Shown here in pieces: positions 34,038-44,552 of a stretch of DNA of 64,000 nucleotides. The stretch is from assembly GCA_036439915.1 (NCBI GenBank), contig GCA_036439915.1_3065.1. One strand, given 5' to 3'. The translations under genes and the position numbers were made by a program. The number at the start of each line of letters is the position of its first letter. The first letter of the stretch is position 1. The notes under the pieces are model-generated. The model saw only the letters and a program-made list of their open reading frames with translations, ran no database searches and was not told the DNA's origin. This DNA is from a phage.

Positions 34038-34370
34038 TTAAAAAGGATCAGGAACATATCCGCTAGCTTTAATCATTTTAATTAACGTTAACATTCCTTT
34101 GTTAACTGCTCGTGAGATTTCATCAAAAACTTCATCACTAAAAAGTTCTAACACGCCCTTCTGAACTTTTAATTTACAGCCAACAATTTCTTCATCGCCT
34201 ATAGTAAATTCATTACCACCAATTCCACCGAAAAACTTAATTACACCAGTTAACTGTCTTCCACGAGAATATGGGTCGTGTGATAAAGTAATATGAGTCA
34301 CCCCGGGTACAGTTTTAAATTGACAGCGAATGTTTACTTGAGCAATTCCAGTTACATGAATGTCAGACAT
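34038..34370 (-). CDS. hypothetical protein (frd.2 position)
   Basis: 110-aa ORF. Confidence 0.6.
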   Translation of the reverse strand: MSDIHVTGIAQVNIRCQFKTVPGVTHITLSHDPYSRGRQLTGVIKFFGGIGGNEFTIGDEEIVGCKLKVQKGVLELFSDEVFDEISRAVNKGMLTLIKMIKASGYVPDPF

Positions 34371-34380
34371 AATATTTTCC

Positions 34381-34623
34381 TCAAACAGACTTTTTCACAA
34401 TTTTCCAGTCAGCTTTAAACTGATCAACGTCAGAGTGATAAATCCAAAATCCTGCACTTTCTCCATCTTCATAAAGCGGACATCCATCACATTCATCTTC
34501 CCATCCCATGCCACGTAAAAGATGTTCAGCTTTTTCAACAAGTTCAGAATCTTTACCGATAATATTAAAATACCATTTACCTCTAACTTCTGAATCTTTG
34601 ATGCTCTGACGTTGTAATCTCAT
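34381..34623 (-). CDS. hypothetical protein (frd.3 position)
   Basis: 80-aa ORF. Confidence 0.6.
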   Translation of the reverse strand: MRLQRQSIKDSEVRGKWYFNIIGKDSELVEKAEHLLRGMGWEDECDGCPLYEDGESAGFWIYHSDVDQFKADWKIVKKSV

Positions 34624-34724
34624 TTTATTCTCCTTAGCAAGCTTTAATCAAAAGATATAAACAAACTAACATAACTGCTGCCATAATATAAGGTGCGAAC
34701 ATTTTCTTTTCTCCATTAGTTTTG

Positions 34725-34765
34725 ATAGGGTAATAGTATCACACTACTACCCTGCTGTAAACTAC
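34725..34765 (-). promoter_or_regulatory. T4-type early promoter
   Basis: minus strand GTTTACAGCAGGGTAGTAGTGTGATACTAT. Confidence 0.5.
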
Positions 34766-35139
34766 TTTTTGAAAGTTTTTCGCAAAAGTTCAATGATTCG
34801 ATCTACATTGTTTTCGTCAACGATGCAGTGAATTTTTGTTACGCCAGAAATCGTGTCTTCGCCTTCATCTTCAGAAATCGGTTCTTTATACTCGCGAAAG
34901 CAATAAAATTCGTCTTCGCAAATTTCTGAAAGTCTATCACAAAAGTAAAAATGTTTTCCATTGGCGCATTCAATATGTTTTACTGCTTTAAATCCATTAT
35001 TAAAGAAAACTTCTTTAACTTCAAACCATCCACCATTTTCTTTGATAATTTTAACTATCGATCCATTAGAACGTGGGCTATGACTAATAAATGCGTCAAT
35101 GAGACTTGGAATAAGTTCATACTTTTTACCGATATACAT
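34762..35139 (-). CDS. hypothetical protein between frd.3 and gene 32
   Basis: 125-aa ORF. Confidence 0.55.
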   Translation of the reverse strand: MYIGKKYELIPSLIDAFISHSPRSNGSIVKIIKENGGWFEVKEVFFNNGFKAVKHIECANGKHFYFCDRLSEICEDEFYCFREYKEPISEDEGEDTISGVTKIHCIVDENNVDRIIELLRKTFKK

Positions 35140-35184
35140 TTTCTTTTCCTCATTTTTAAGGGGCTATCAATAACCCCTTGATAA

Positions 35185-35412
35185 TTATCGTTCAATCAGT
35201 CCCATGTAAAACTCTGCGTCTTCGGCATCCATACCATCACAGTATTCATTAGCCATAAAGCGTTCAAGAACTTCTAAAGGACCTTCAACAACAATTTGAA
35301 TACTCCAAAATTTAGAATCTTGCACACTTGTGATGCTAAGTTCAGGATAACGATTACGAATAATTTCTTCGATGTATTCAAAATCAACGATGTCAATATC
35401 AACTTTAGCCAT
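35185..35412 (-). CDS. hypothetical protein between frd.3 and gene 32
   Basis: 75 aa from MAKVDIDIV with AAGAGGAAAA RBS; ORF-track extension overlaps the promoter. Confidence 0.5.
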   Translation of the reverse strand: MAKVDIDIVDFEYIEEIIRNRYPELSITSVQDSKFWSIQIVVEGPLEVLERFMANEYCDGMDAEDAEFYMGLIER

Positions 35413-35447
35413 ATTATTTTCCTCTTTAATCATCAACAGTATTGCCG

Positions 35448-35490
35448 ATAGTTGTATAGTACCATGGAACGACAAGGATGTAAACAGTTT
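35448..35490 (-). promoter_or_regulatory. T4-type early promoter with upstream A/T tract
   Basis: minus strand GTTTACATCCTTGTCGTTCCATGGTACTATACAACTATC. Confidence 0.55.
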
Positions 35491-35499
35491 TGTGAAAAA

Positions 35500-35537
35500 A
35501 TTTTTGAAATAAAAATGGGGACCTCTAGGGTCCCCGA
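35500..35537 (-). terminator. intrinsic terminator downstream of gene 32
   Basis: ggggacc-ctaga-ggtcccc hairpin followed on minus strand by T-rich tract. Confidence 0.75.
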
Positions 35538-35557
35538 TTAATTAGTAATATAATCTA

Positions 35558-36466
35558 TTAAAGATCATTCAAAAGATCATCCAGATCCGTGTCATCAGCA
35601 CTAGATGAACTGTTAGAGCTTGAACTCATAAAATCATCTTCAGTTTTTGTGTTAAAATCATCAACATTGAATGCATCCAAATCATCAGCAACTTTATCGG
35701 CTTTCTTAGCAGCTGTTGCCGCAGCACCACCCATAATAGCAGTTCCCATAACTTGACTAAATTTAGTATTCAGTTCTTCAAATGATTTGAACTTATCTTT
35801 AGAAGTCATTTCAGAAAGATCAACCATTTGCTCAAACAGTTCTTTCTGGAAAGATTCATTATCAATGTTTGGAATTGCAGACTGATTCAAGAATTTAGAT
35901 TCGTCGTAATTACTGAAACCAGAAACCTGTTTGACTTTCAGTACAAAGTTAGCACCTTCCCACGGACAAGTTACATCAACCGGAGTTTCACCCATTTCAA
36001 CATCAACTGCAATCATTGCATTGATTTTATCCCAGATTTTCTTACCGAAACGGTATTTAAATACTTTACCTTCATTTTCTGGAGCAGCTGGGTCTTTTAC
36101 TACAAGAATGTTAGCCCAGTAAGAAGTTTTACGTTTAACAAGACCGTACTCTTTATTGTCAGTGTTGTATAAATCATTTTTACTGATGTACTGACATACT
36201 GGACAAGAATCGTAATCACCGTGGGTAGATGAACAGTTTTCAATATACCATTTACCATTTTTCTTGAAACCGTGATTTACAAGAATTGCGAATGGTGCTT
36301 GTTCATCATTTTTAGACGGAAGAAAACGAATTACTGCTTGACCGTTACCCGCATTGTCGAGTTTCAGTTTCCACTCGCCTTTATCTTCAGAAGAAAAACC
36401 ACCTTTATTTCCAGCCAGTTTAGCCATTTGTGCAGCGAGTTCAGCAGTAGATTTACGTTTAAACAT
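35558..36466 (-). CDS. 32: gp32 single-stranded DNA-binding protein
   Basis: 302-aa ORF recognised as T4 gp32; acidic Ser/Asp-rich C-terminus. Confidence 0.95.
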   Translation of the reverse strand: MFKRKSTAELAAQMAKLAGNKGGFSSEDKGEWKLKLDNAGNGQAVIRFLPSKNDEQAPFAILVNHGFKKNGKWYIENCSSTHGDYDSCPVCQYISKNDLYNTDNKEYGLVKRKTSYWANILVVKDPAAPENEGKVFKYRFGKKIWDKINAMIAVDVEMGETPVDVTCPWEGANFVLKVKQVSGFSNYDESKFLNQSAIPNIDNESFQKELFEQMVDLSEMTSKDKFKSFEELNTKFSQVMGTAIMGGAAATAAKKADKVADDLDAFNVDDFNTKTEDDFMSSSSNSSSSADDTDLDDLLNDL

Positions 36467-36565
36467 TTTTATTTCCTTTTTAATTTAATTAACAGTTGGT
36501 GCTATGACGATGTATGACCTCATAGCTGGTCAGTGAGATAATTATAATTTATTTATAATAAGCAA

Positions 36566-37219
36566 TTAATACTTACAAGATTTCACAGTTTCAATAAAAA
36601 CTTTTTTAGCTTCCTGTGAATCGATATTTAAAATTTTTCTATAAGCTTTTAACTTTATAGAATAATTATTCCAGACTAAATTATCAGTCTGTTCATCGTG
36701 TTTATCAATTATATTTAAAAATGAATCAAGCAAGATAAACGTCTCAAACGAAATTATGTTCGATTGCAGAAGTTTAAAAATATAACTTGACTGAACCTTT
36801 GGATTATATTCAAAGATTTCTTTAAAAGCAGAAACTTCAACTTTTTTACTAAAATAATAAATGTTGCGAATATCTTCTTCAAACTTAAATTTAATTTGCT
36901 TTAAGCGTCCGATATATTCACGATAAAACACAAGTGCATCAGCGTCAGAGATGTCACCAATCCAAGCATCCTGGTTAGCAACAAGATTGCTTATAAAGAT
37001 TAAAGCAAGTTCCTTTAATTTATATTTTTCTGATAACTTCTGGAAAAAATACTTATCCCTTCGCTTTTGATAAGCGGCATCAGACACCCGCATGCACCAA
37101 TTATACTTAATAACATCATACTTTCCATTCATATGTTGTTTTATCATTAAGTATAATTTATAAACTGATTTACCATCAATATATCTTTCACCACCAGCAG
37201 GCATGCGGAGTTTAATCAT
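36566..37219 (-). CDS. 59: gp59 helicase loader
   Basis: 217-aa ORF recognised as T4 gp59. Confidence 0.93.
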   Translation of the reverse strand: MIKLRMPAGGERYIDGKSVYKLYLMIKQHMNGKYDVIKYNWCMRVSDAAYQKRRDKYFFQKLSEKYKLKELALIFISNLVANQDAWIGDISDADALVFYREYIGRLKQIKFKFEEDIRNIYYFSKKVEVSAFKEIFEYNPKVQSSYIFKLLQSNIISFETFILLDSFLNIIDKHDEQTDNLVWNNYSIKLKAYRKILNIDSQEAKKVFIETVKSCKY

Positions 37220-37554
37220 AGTAGAAAATCTAATGTATTAGTTTTTTCACAACGAACAACAGAAGGACGTAAAAGATTTTCGTCAATAGCTTCTGACTGA
37301 ATTTTTTCAATTATACCCGAAGGAATAAATTTAGCAAATTGAGTTTCAGGAATAGAATTTTCTTCTAAGAATGCTGTTGTAGCTTCAAGATAACTCATTC
37401 CAAACTCTTCTACCATTTTTTCAATAATAAATCCATTTTCTTGACGGTCAAGAAGCTTTGCAATTTCATCCTTTTCTTTCTTAATTGAAAGTTCTTTTTC
37501 TGAAAGACCGGTCTCATCGACCGGACGAATATCATTTAGAGAAAACTGTGTCAT
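37216..37554 (-). CDS. 33: gp33 late-transcription co-activator
   Basis: 112 aa from MTQFSLND; recognised as T4 gp33. Confidence 0.85.
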   Translation of the reverse strand: MTQFSLNDIRPVDETGLSEKELSIKKEKDEIAKLLDRQENGFIIEKMVEEFGMSYLEATTAFLEENSIPETQFAKFIPSGIIEKIQSEAIDENLLRPSVVRCEKTNTLDFLL

Positions 37555-37801
37555 AAAGTTCAACTACCTCTTCGGTTTCAGCTTCAAACACATCACGGTT
37601 ATCTTTATGATACAAAGCTAATAGACGATTAAACATCTTACCATCAACGCCAAGTTCATCTTTGGCACGAATTCGAATATCTTTAATCAATTCATTATAA
37701 CCGGAAATTTTCAGTTTATGATCAGATGCTTCTTTAATAAATTTAGCCAAGTCTTCGCCATGGATAGCTTCATCAAATTCAACCATTTCTTTTTTAGCCA
37801 T
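37532..37801 (-). CDS. dsbA: DsbA dsDNA-binding protein
   Basis: 89-aa ORF recognised as T4 DsbA. Confidence 0.85.
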   Translation of the reverse strand: MAKKEMVEFDEAIHGEDLAKFIKEASDHKLKISGYNELIKDIRIRAKDELGVDGKMFNRLLALYHKDNRDVFEAETEEVVELYDTVFSK

Positions 37802-37809
37802 TATTCACC

Positions 37810-38727
37810 TCAAAATTCATTAATGCTATTAGTTAATTTAGAAAGACCCGCTTTTACAAAATATGAATAAATTTTGCCACGCGGTGGTAATTTATATGAA
37901 TTATAGTAATTCACAATGTTTGAAGCAATATTATCAGGAATATAATCAAAATCAATTAGAACTAAATTTTCTTTATAACGATTATATTCAGATTCTGTGA
38001 GAAGCACCTTAGCTTGCTCACGGTCATTAGCAATAGCTTCAACGATTGAAGTTTTCATTGAAGGAGTTCGTTCACCTTCAACTTTGGTAAACCAAAAGTC
38101 AGATCGTACTTTAACTGAAGCAACGTTATCCTTTTTGTCGCCTTTAAGGATTTTAGTCATACAGTCAATTTCAGCAGAACCGCTTTTAATTTTAACCCAT
38201 TTCTTATGCATCGGTGACCATTGCTTAACATTTGGGTATTTGTGAAGCTGTGTAAAGTCACCATCCGACGAAATGATTAAAATTTTATGTCCTTCTAAAG
38301 AGAACTTTTTAACAAGAACAGCAATGTGGTCATCTGCTTCATACTTATCAATATCCATAACAATGTATGGCATATAAGCTTTCAATTCATCTATAACTTT
38401 ATGACTGGATTCAAAATAACCTTCCCAGTCCCAAGTAGATTCTTCTCGTGCTTTTCCGCGGTTTTTCTTATAATAATACGCGAAATCACGACGCCAGTAT
38501 CCAGATTTCGCGTTATCAATACACAGTACAATTTTAGTGTATCCAAGCGTTTTTGCTTTTTTAACATTAAACTTAATTGAGTTCAATATCAAATGACGAA
38601 CCATTGATAAATTAATTTTTTCTTTATCTGGGAAGTTTACCAAAGCAGTTGAAAGCGCAATTTGACTAAAGTCAATTAAGCAGATTCCTTCTTTGTAATC
38701 TTCATCCAGCATCATTTCTAAATCCAT
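37810..38727 (-). CDS. rnh: RNase H (5'-3' flap exonuclease)
   Basis: 305 aa from MDLEMML with GAGG RBS; recognised as T4 RNase H. Confidence 0.9.
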   Translation of the reverse strand: MDLEMMLDEDYKEGICLIDFSQIALSTALVNFPDKEKINLSMVRHLILNSIKFNVKKAKTLGYTKIVLCIDNAKSGYWRRDFAYYYKKNRGKAREESTWDWEGYFESSHKVIDELKAYMPYIVMDIDKYEADDHIAVLVKKFSLEGHKILIISSDGDFTQLHKYPNVKQWSPMHKKWVKIKSGSAEIDCMTKILKGDKKDNVASVKVRSDFWFTKVEGERTPSMKTSIVEAIANDREQAKVLLTESEYNRYKENLVLIDFDYIPDNIASNIVNYYNSYKLPPRGKIYSYFVKAGLSKLTNSINEF

Positions 38728-38789
38728 ATGAACCTCGTTCAATTAGTGAGATTTCTATTATATACCATCCGAATCTTAAAGTAAACAAG

Positions 38790-38797
38790 TATAAATA
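38790..38797 (+). promoter_or_regulatory. late promoter TATAAATA for gene 34
   Basis: exact TATAAATA about 35 nt upstream of gene 34 ATG. Confidence 0.6.
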
Positions 38798-38831
38798 CTT
38801 ATTATTGAAAACACAATAGGAGCCCGGGAGA

Positions 38832-41800
38832 ATGGCCGAGATTAAAAGAAAGTTCAGAGCAGAAGATGGTCTGGACGCAGGTGGTGATAAAATAATCAAC
38901 GTAGCTTTAGCTGATCGTGCCGTAGGAACTGACGGTGTTAACGTTGATTACTTAATTCAAGAAAACACAGTTCAACAATATGATCCAACTCGTGGATATT
39001 TAAAAGATTTTGTAATCATTTATGATAACCGCTTTTGGGCTGCTATAAATGATATTCCAAAACCAGCAGGAGCTTTTAATAGCGTACGATGGAGAGCGTT
39101 ACGCACTGATGCAAACTGGACAACTGTTTCGTCAGGACCTTATCAATTAAAATCAGGCGAATCGATTTCAGTTAACACCGCAGCGGGTAATGACATTACA
39201 TTTACTTTGCCATCTTCTCCAATTGATGGTGATACTATCGTTCTCCAAGATATTGGAGGAAAACCTGGAGTTAACCAGGTTTTAATTACAGCTCCGGTAC
39301 AAAGCATTGTAAACTTTAGAGGTCAACAAGTACGCTCAGTACTAATGACTCATCCAAAATCACAGATAGTTTTAATTTTTAGTAATCGTCTGTGGCAAAT
39401 GTATGTTGCTGATTATAGCAGAGAAGCTGTAGTTGTAACACCGGCGAGTCTTTATCAGGCGCAATCAAACGATTTTATCGTGCGTAGATTTACTTCTGCT
39501 TCAGCAATTAATATTAAACTTCCTAGATTTGCTAATCATGGGGATATTATTAATTTTGTTGATTTAGATAAATTAAATCCGTTATATCATACTATCGTTA
39601 CTACATACGATGAAACGACTTCAGTACAAGAAGTTGGAACTCATTCCATTGAAGGCCGTACATCTATTGATGGTTTCTTGATGTTTGATGATAATGAGAA
39701 ATTGTGGAGATTGTTTGACGGGGATAGTAAAGCACGTTTACGCATTATAACGACTAATTCTAATATTCGTCCAAATGAAGAAGTCATGGTATTTGGCGCG
39801 AATAATGGAACAACCCAAACAATTGAACTTCAGCTTCCAACTGATATTTCTATCGGTGATACTGTTAAGATTTCCATGAATTATATGAGAAAAGGACAAA
39901 CAGTTAAAATCAAAGCTGCCGGTGAAGATAAAATTGCTTCTTCAGTTCAATTGCTGCAATTTCCAAAACGTTCAGAATACCCACCTGAAACTAAATGGGT
40001 GACTGTTCAAGAATTAGTTTTTAATGGCGAAACCAATTATGTTCCAGTTTTACAGCTTGCTTATATCGAAGATTCCGATGGAAAATATTGGGTTGTACAG
40101 CAAAACGTTCCAACTGTAGAAAGAGTAGACTCTTTAAATAATTCTACTAGAGCAAGATTAGGCGTAATTGCTTTAGCTACACAGGCTCAAGCTAATGCTG
40201 ATCTAGAAAATTCTCCACAAAAAGAACTGGCAATTACTCCAGAAACGTTAGCTAATCGTACTGCTACAGAAACTCGTAGAGGTATTGCAAGAATAGCAAC
40301 AACTGCGCAAGTAAACCAGGATACCACATTCTCTTTTGCAGATGACCTTATCATCACTCCTAAAAAGTTGAATGAAAGAACTGCTACAGAAACTCGTAGG
40401 GGTGTCGCTGAAATTGCTACGCAGCAAGAAACAAACACAGGAACAGATGATACAACCATCATTACTCCTAAAAAGCTTCAAGCTCGTCAAGGTTCTGAAT
40501 CATTATCTGGTATTGTAACTTTTGTATCTACTGCAGGTGCTACTCCGGCTTCTAGCCGTGAATTAAATGGTACAAATGTTTATAATAAAAACACTAATAA
40601 CTTAGTTGTTTCGCCAAAAGCTTTGGACCAGTATAAAGCTACGCCTACTCAACAGGGTGCAGTAATTTTAGCAGTTGAAAGTGAAGTAATTGCTGGACAA
40701 AGTCAGGAAGGATGGGCAAATGCTGTTGTAACGCCAGAAACGTTACATAAAAAGACATCAACTGATGGAAGAATTGGTTTAATTGAAATTGCTACGCAAA
40801 GTGAAGTTAATACAGGAACTGATTATACTCGTGCAGTCACTCCTAAAACTTTAAATGACCGTAGAGCAACTGAAAGTTTAAGTGGTATAGCTGAAATTGC
40901 TACACAAGTTGAATTCGACGCAGGCGTCGACGATACTCGTATCTCTACACCATTAAAAATTAAAACTAGATTTAATAGTACTGATCGTACTTCTGTTGTT
41001 GCTCTATCTGGATTAGTTGAATCAGGAACTCTCTGGGACCATTATACCCTTAATATTCTTGAAGCAAATGAGACACAACGTGGTACACTTCGTGTGGCTA
41101 CACAAGTTGAAGCTGCTGCTGGAAAATTAGATAATGTTTTAATAACTCCTAAAAAGCTTTTAGGTACTAAATCTACTGAAGCACAAGAAGGTGTTATTAA
41201 AGTTGCAACACAAACCGAAACTGTTGCTGGAACATCGGCAAATACTGCTGTATCTCCAAAAAATTTAAAATGGATTGTGCAGAGTGAACCTACTTGGGCA
41301 GCTACTACTGCAGTAAGAGGCTTTGTTAAAACTTCATCTGGTTCAATTACATTCGTTGGTAATGATACAGCCGGTTCTACTCAGGACTTAGAGCTATACG
41401 AGAAAAATAGCTATGCAGTATCACCATACGAATTAAACCGTGTATTAGCAAATTATTTGCCATTAAAAGCAAAAGCTGCAGATAGTAATTTATTGGATGG
41501 TCTAGATTCATCTCAGTTCATTCGTAGGGATATTGCGCAGACGGTTAATGGTTCACTAACCTTAACTCAACAAACGAATCTGAGTGCCCCTCTTGTATCA
41601 TCTAGTACTGCTACGTTCGGTGGATCAGTTTCAGCAAATAGTACATTAACTATTTCTAATACTGGAACAGCAACTCGATTGATTTTTGAGAAAGGACCTC
41701 AAACTGGAACAAACCCAGCCCAAACGATGACTGTTAGAGTGTGGGGAAATCAATTTAGTGGGGAATTAGATACAACACGTTCTACCGTATTTGAAGTTAG

Positions 41801-42701
41801 TGATGAAACATCTAGTCATTTTTATTCTCAGCGCAATAAAGCCGGAAATATAACATTTAATATCAACGGTACAGTAACACCGATAAATGTTAATGCTTCA
41901 GGAACATTGAATGCAAATGGCGTAGCAACATTTGGTAATTCAGTCACTGCAACTGGTGAAATTATTTCTCGAAGCGCAAATGCTTTCCGTGCTATTAACG
42001 GAAATTACGGTTTCATTGTTCGCAATGATGGATCAGTAACGAATTTTATGCTTACTGCATCGGGTGATCAGACTGGTGGATTTAATGGATTACGCCCATT
42101 AGCTATTAATAATGCATCTGGCCAAGTAACGATTGGTGAAAGCTTAATCATTGCCAAAGGTGCTACTATAAATTCAGGTGGTTTGACTGTTAACTCGAGA
42201 ATTCGTTCTCAAGGTACTAAAACATCTGACTTATATACACGTGCGCCAACATCTGATACTGTAGGATTCTGGTCAATTGATATTAACGATTCAGCTACTT
42301 ATAACCAGTTCCCAGGTTATTTTAAAATGGTTGAAAAAACTAATGAAGTGACTGGTCTTCCATATTTAGAACGTGGCGAAGAAGTTAAATCTCCTGGTAC
42401 ACTGACTCAGTTTGGTAACACACTTGATTCGCTTTACCAAGATTGGATTACTTATCCAACAACGCCAGAGGCGCGTACCACTCGCTGGACACGTACATGG
42501 CAGAAAACCAAAAATTCTTGGTCAAGTTTTGTTCAGGTATTTGATGGAGGTAACCCTCCTCAACCGTCTGATATCGGTGCTTTACCATCTGATAATGCTA
42601 CAATGGGTAATCTTACTATTCGTGATTTCTTACGAATTGGTAATGTTCGCATTATTCCTGACCCAGTGAATAAAACTGTTAAATTTGAATGGGTTGAATA
42701 A
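38832..42701 (+). CDS. 34: long tail fibre proximal subunit gp34
   Basis: 1289-aa ORF, same length as T4 gp34; internal tandem repeats. Confidence 0.93.
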   Translation: MAEIKRKFRAEDGLDAGGDKIINVALADRAVGTDGVNVDYLIQENTVQQYDPTRGYLKDFVIIYDNRFWAAINDIPKPAGAFNSVRWRALRTDANWTTVSSGPYQLKSGESISVNTAAGNDITFTLPSSPIDGDTIVLQDIGGKPGVNQVLITAPVQSIVNFRGQQVRSVLMTHPKSQIVLIFSNRLWQMYVADYSREAVVVTPASLYQAQSNDFIVRRFTSASAINIKLPRFANHGDIINFVDLDKLNPLYHTIVTTYDETTSVQEVGTHSIEGRTSIDGFLMFDDNEKLWRLFDGDSKARLRIITTNSNIRPNEEVMVFGANNGTTQTIELQLPTDISIGDTVKISMNYMRKGQTVKIKAAGEDKIASSVQLLQFPKRSEYPPETKWVTVQELVFNGETNYVPVLQLAYIEDSDGKYWVVQQNVPTVERVDSLNNSTRARLGVIALATQAQANADLENSPQKELAITPETLANRTATETRRGIARIATTAQVNQDTTFSFADDLIITPKKLNERTATETRRGVAEIATQQETNTGTDDTTIITPKKLQARQGSESLSGIVTFVSTAGATPASSRELNGTNVYNKNTNNLVVSPKALDQYKATPTQQGAVILAVESEVIAGQSQEGWANAVVTPETLHKKTSTDGRIGLIEIATQSEVNTGTDYTRAVTPKTLNDRRATESLSGIAEIATQVEFDAGVDDTRISTPLKIKTRFNSTDRTSVVALSGLVESGTLWDHYTLNILEANETQRGTLRVATQVEAAAGKLDNVLITPKKLLGTKSTEAQEGVIKVATQTETVAGTSANTAVSPKNLKWIVQSEPTWAATTAVRGFVKTSSGSITFVGNDTAGSTQDLELYEKNSYAVSPYELNRVLANYLPLKAKAADSNLLDGLDSSQFIRRDIAQTVNGSLTLTQQTNLSAPLVSSSTATFGGSVSANSTLTISNTGTATRLIFEKGPQTGTNPAQTMTVRVWGNQFSGELDTTRSTVFEVSDETSSHFYSQRNKAGNITFNINGTVTPINVNASGTLNANGVATFGNSVTATGEIISRSANAFRAINGNYGFIVRNDGSVTNFMLTASGDQTGGFNGLRPLAINNASGQVTIGESLIIAKGATINSGGLTVNSRIRSQGTKTSDLYTRAPTSDTVGFWSIDINDSATYNQFPGYFKMVEKTNEVTGLPYLERGEEVKSPGTLTQFGNTLDSLYQDWITYPTTPEARTTRWTRTWQKTKNSWSSFVQVFDGGNPPQPSDIGALPSDNATMGNLTIRDFLRIGNVRIIPDPVNKTVKFEWVE
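40200..41320 (+). repeat. intragenic tandem repeats in gene 34
   Basis: repeated peptide motif (I/V)TPKKL..R.ATE(T/S)..G.A.IATQ at least 7 times. Confidence 0.7.
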
Positions 42702-42709
42702 GAGGTATT

Positions 42710-43825
42710 ATGGAAAAATTTATGGCAGAGTTTGGACAAGGATATGTCCAAACGCCATTTTTATCGGAAAGCAATTCAGTAAGATATAAAATAAGCATAG
42801 CGGGTTCTTGCCCGCTTTCTACAGCAGGACCATACGTTAAATTTCAAGATAATCCTGTAGGAAGTCAAACATTTAGTGCAGGTCTTCATTTAAGAGTTTT
42901 TGACCCTTCTACAGGAGCATTGGTTGATAGTAAGTCATATGTTTTTTCTACTTCAAATGATACAACATCTGCTGCTTTTGTTAGTTTCATGAATTCTTTT
43001 TCAAGCAATAGACTTGTTGCTATATTAACTAGCGGAAAGGTTAATTTTCCTCCTGAAGTAGTATCTTGGTTAAGAACGGCAGGAACATCTGCTTTTCCAT
43101 CTGATTCTTTATTGTCAAGATTTGACGTATCATATGCTGCCTTTTACACTTCTTCTAAAAGAGCTATCGCACTAGAGCATGTTAAACTGAGTAACAGAAA
43201 AAGCACAGATGACTATCAAACTATATTAGATGTAGTATTTGATAGTTTAGAAGATGTTGGAGCGACAGGATTTCCTAAAAGAACATATGAAAGCGTTGAG
43301 CAATTTATGTCAGCTGTTGGTGGAACTAATAACGAAATTGCATGTCTACCTACAGCATCTGCAATAAGTAAACTTTCTGACTATAATTTAATTCCTGGAG
43401 ATGTTCTTTATCTTAAAGCACAACTATATGCTGATGCTGATTTATTAGCGTTGGGAACTACTAATATTTCAATTCGTTTTTATAATGCGTCGAATGGATA
43501 TATTTCCTCGACACAAGCTGAGTTTACCGGACAAGCTGGGTCTTGGGAATTAAAAGAAGATTATGTAGTTGTTCCAGAAAATGCAGTTGGATTTACGATA
43601 TACGCACAGAGAACTGCACAAGCGGGTCAAGGCGGTATGAGAAATTTAAGCTTTTCTGAAGTGTCAAGAAATGGTGGCATTTCAAAACCTGCTGAGTTTG
43701 GCGTCAATGGTATTCGAGTTAATTATATCTGTGAATCTGCTTCACCTCCGGATATAATGGTACTTCCTACGCAAGCATCGTCTAAAACTGGTAAAGTGTT
43801 TGGACAGGAATTTAGAGAAGTTTAA
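42710..43825 (+). CDS. 35: long tail fibre hinge protein gp35
   Basis: 371-aa ORF; synteny. Confidence 0.88.
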   Translation: MEKFMAEFGQGYVQTPFLSESNSVRYKISIAGSCPLSTAGPYVKFQDNPVGSQTFSAGLHLRVFDPSTGALVDSKSYVFSTSNDTTSAAFVSFMNSFSSNRLVAILTSGKVNFPPEVVSWLRTAGTSAFPSDSLLSRFDVSYAAFYTSSKRAIALEHVKLSNRKSTDDYQTILDVVFDSLEDVGATGFPKRTYESVEQFMSAVGGTNNEIACLPTASAISKLSDYNLIPGDVLYLKAQLYADADLLALGTTNISIRFYNASNGYISSTQAEFTGQAGSWELKEDYVVVPENAVGFTIYAQRTAQAGQGGMRNLSFSEVSRNGGISKPAEFGVNGIRVNYICESASPPDIMVLPTQASSKTGKVFGQEFREV

Positions 43826-43830
43826 ATTGA

Positions 43831-43856
43831 GGGAGCCTTCGGGTTCCCTTTTTCTT
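43831..43856 (+). terminator. hairpin plus T tract after gene 35
   Basis: gggagcc-ttcg-ggttccc then tttttcttt. Confidence 0.6.
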
Positions 43857-43862
43857 TATAAA
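43855..43862 (+). promoter_or_regulatory. late promoter TATAAATA for gene 36
   Basis: exact TATAAATA 25 nt upstream of gene 36 ATG. Confidence 0.6.
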
Positions 43863-43887
43863 TACTATTAAAATAAAGGGGCATACA

Positions 43888-44544
43888 ATGGCTGATTTAA
43901 AAGTAGGTTCAACAACTGGAGGCTCTGTCATTTGGCATCAAGGAAATTTTCCATTGAATCCAGCCGGTGACGATGTACTCTATAAATCATTTAAAATATA
44001 TTCAGAATATAATAAACCACAAGCTGCTGATAACGATTTCGTTTCTAAAGCTAATGGTGGTACATATTTAAATAAAGTAATTTTTAATAAAGGAATGACT
44101 GTTCCTGGTGCTGGGTCAGGTGACAACGGTATTTTTGCCGGTCCTGGTGATAATGCTACATATGATACTACAAATATGGATATTGTTTCATGGTATGGTA
44201 TCGGCTTTAAATCATCACAAGGGGCAGCAGGTAGAACTGTAGTAATTAACACACGAAACGGAGATATTAGCTCAAAGGGTGTAATTGAAGCATCACAAAT
44301 ACGCGCAACTTCGTTATCACCAGTAAATAATTATGACCTTACGAGAAAAGATTATGTTGATGGAGCAATAAATATTGTTACAACAAATGCAAACTCTAGA
44401 GTATTACGCTCTGGAGACACTATGACAGGAAATTTAACTGCGCCAAACCTTTTTTCACAGAATCCTGCATCTCAACCCTCGCATGTTCCGCGATTTGACC
44501 AAATCGTAATTAAGGATTCTGTTCAAGATTTCGGCTATTATTAA
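43888..44544 (+). CDS. 36: long tail fibre distal connector gp36
   Basis: 218-aa ORF; synteny. Confidence 0.88.
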   Translation: MADLKVGSTTGGSVIWHQGNFPLNPAGDDVLYKSFKIYSEYNKPQAADNDFVSKANGGTYLNKVIFNKGMTVPGAGSGDNGIFAGPGDNATYDTTNMDIVSWYGIGFKSSQGAAGRTVVINTRNGDISSKGVIEASQIRATSLSPVNNYDLTRKDYVDGAINIVTTNANSRVLRSGDTMTGNLTAPNLFSQNPASQPSHVPRFDQIVIKDSVQDFGYY

Positions 44545-44552
44545 GAGGACTT

